This document shows, one piece after another, positions 37,692-38,288 of a stretch of DNA of 38,288 nt. Made by a program: the position numbers and the translations under genes. Below the pieces are notes generated by a model. The model ran no database searches. It saw only the letters and a list, made by a program, of their open reading frames with translations, and was not told the origin of the DNA. The stretch's first letter is position 1. Each line of letters opens with the position of its first letter. The stretch lies in the sequence record SRR31156797_9257. The stretch is one strand, 5' to 3'.

Positions 37692-38288
37692 ATGCTTTCA
37701 GGGATGTTATTTATCTTTGCTCCACTCGTTGTGGGGTATCTTTTTTCAACCCAAAATACCCAACTGCTGTCAAAAATTAATAGCGCAACATCATCACTGA
37801 TCTACGTTATTCTGTTTCTGATGGGGTTAAGTCTCGCCGCTCTGGATAACTTAGGCAGTAATCTCCAGCTCATTGTTAAATATACTGCGGTGTTTTTCTT
37901 TGTGTTAGGGGCGTGCAATTTAGCGGTACTGCCCTTTGTTGATAAGCTTCTCCCCCTGAAAACCGACGAGAACCATACTAAATTGCCGCTTTCAAGCATG
38001 GCGCTTGAGTCTGCAAAACTGATTCTTGTTGTGGGTGGTGGGTTAATTGTCGGCGTTATGCTCGGGTTTGATCTACGCTGGGTGGATACCGCGAGTGAAT
38101 GGATTCTATTTTTATTACTGTTCTTTATTGGTATTCAACTGCGTAATAGCGGACTTTCACTTAAACAAATTCTCCTCAATAAGCACGGCATGGTGATCGC
38201 CTGCGTTATCGTCGCTACCAGCTTGTTCGGTGGTGTTATCGCCGCTTTAATACTCGACATCTCTATCTACCAAGGATTAGCCATGGCT
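37692..38288 (+). CDS. lysO: Lysine exporter LysO/YbjE family (partial, runs off the right edge)
   Basis: Hand translation MLSGMLFIFAPLVVGY...LIYVILFLMGLSLAALDNL; GAGG RBS; absent from the ORF track because it has no stop in the window. Confidence 0.85.
   Translation, partial: MLSGMLFIFAPLVVGYLFSTQNTQLLSKINSATSSLIYVILFLMGLSLAALDNLGSNLQLIVKYTAVFFFVLGACNLAVLPFVDKLLPLKTDENHTKLPLSSMALESAKLILVVGGGLIVGVMLGFDLRWVDTASEWILFLLLFFIGIQLRNSGLSLKQILLNKHGMVIACVIVATSLFGGVIAALILDISIYQGLAMA

Noticed and set aside
1-38288. CRISPR arrays, tRNA/rRNA, IS elements, integrase or att repeats
   Set aside because: None recognised by eye. Mobility of the flagellar/par block is therefore only inferred.

Overview
Vibrionaceae (Vibrio-like) chromosomal DNA in two parts. 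(1) About 1-24.6 kb is an accessory block. It holds a lateral-type (Flag-2-like) flagellar locus in an unusual order: a stand-alone flhA; a ~15.4 kb minus-strand run flgBCDEFGHIJKL-motY-fliEFG-[LafW-like]-flgM-flgN-flgA; and a divergent fliMNPQR-flhB. There is no lafK between motY and fliE and no fliHIJ after fliG. A convergent parM (actin-like) gene and an enlarged, internally repeated parR-like gene follow. Two regulatory motifs can be read from the DNA. One is a variant sigma28-like promoter (TGAAATAAAT-N8-TTTGCCGTAAC), found upstream of flgM and upstream of a gene that starts at base 3. The other is a 14-bp RcsB/NarL-type box 22-23 nt upstream of a sigma70 -10 hexamer at flhA, flgB and fliM. 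Together they suggest a rewired, sigma54-independent hierarchy (inference). (2) About 24.8-38.3 kb is ordinary Vibrio core: MET boxes with metR, DUF4250, a membrane protein, ygiQ, serC, DUF945, a REC-cNMP-histidine kinase with its response regulator, a small OMP, tfoX, an HDOD protein and a partial lysO. Flagellin, fliA, the stators and fliHIJ are not in the window and may lie to the left.
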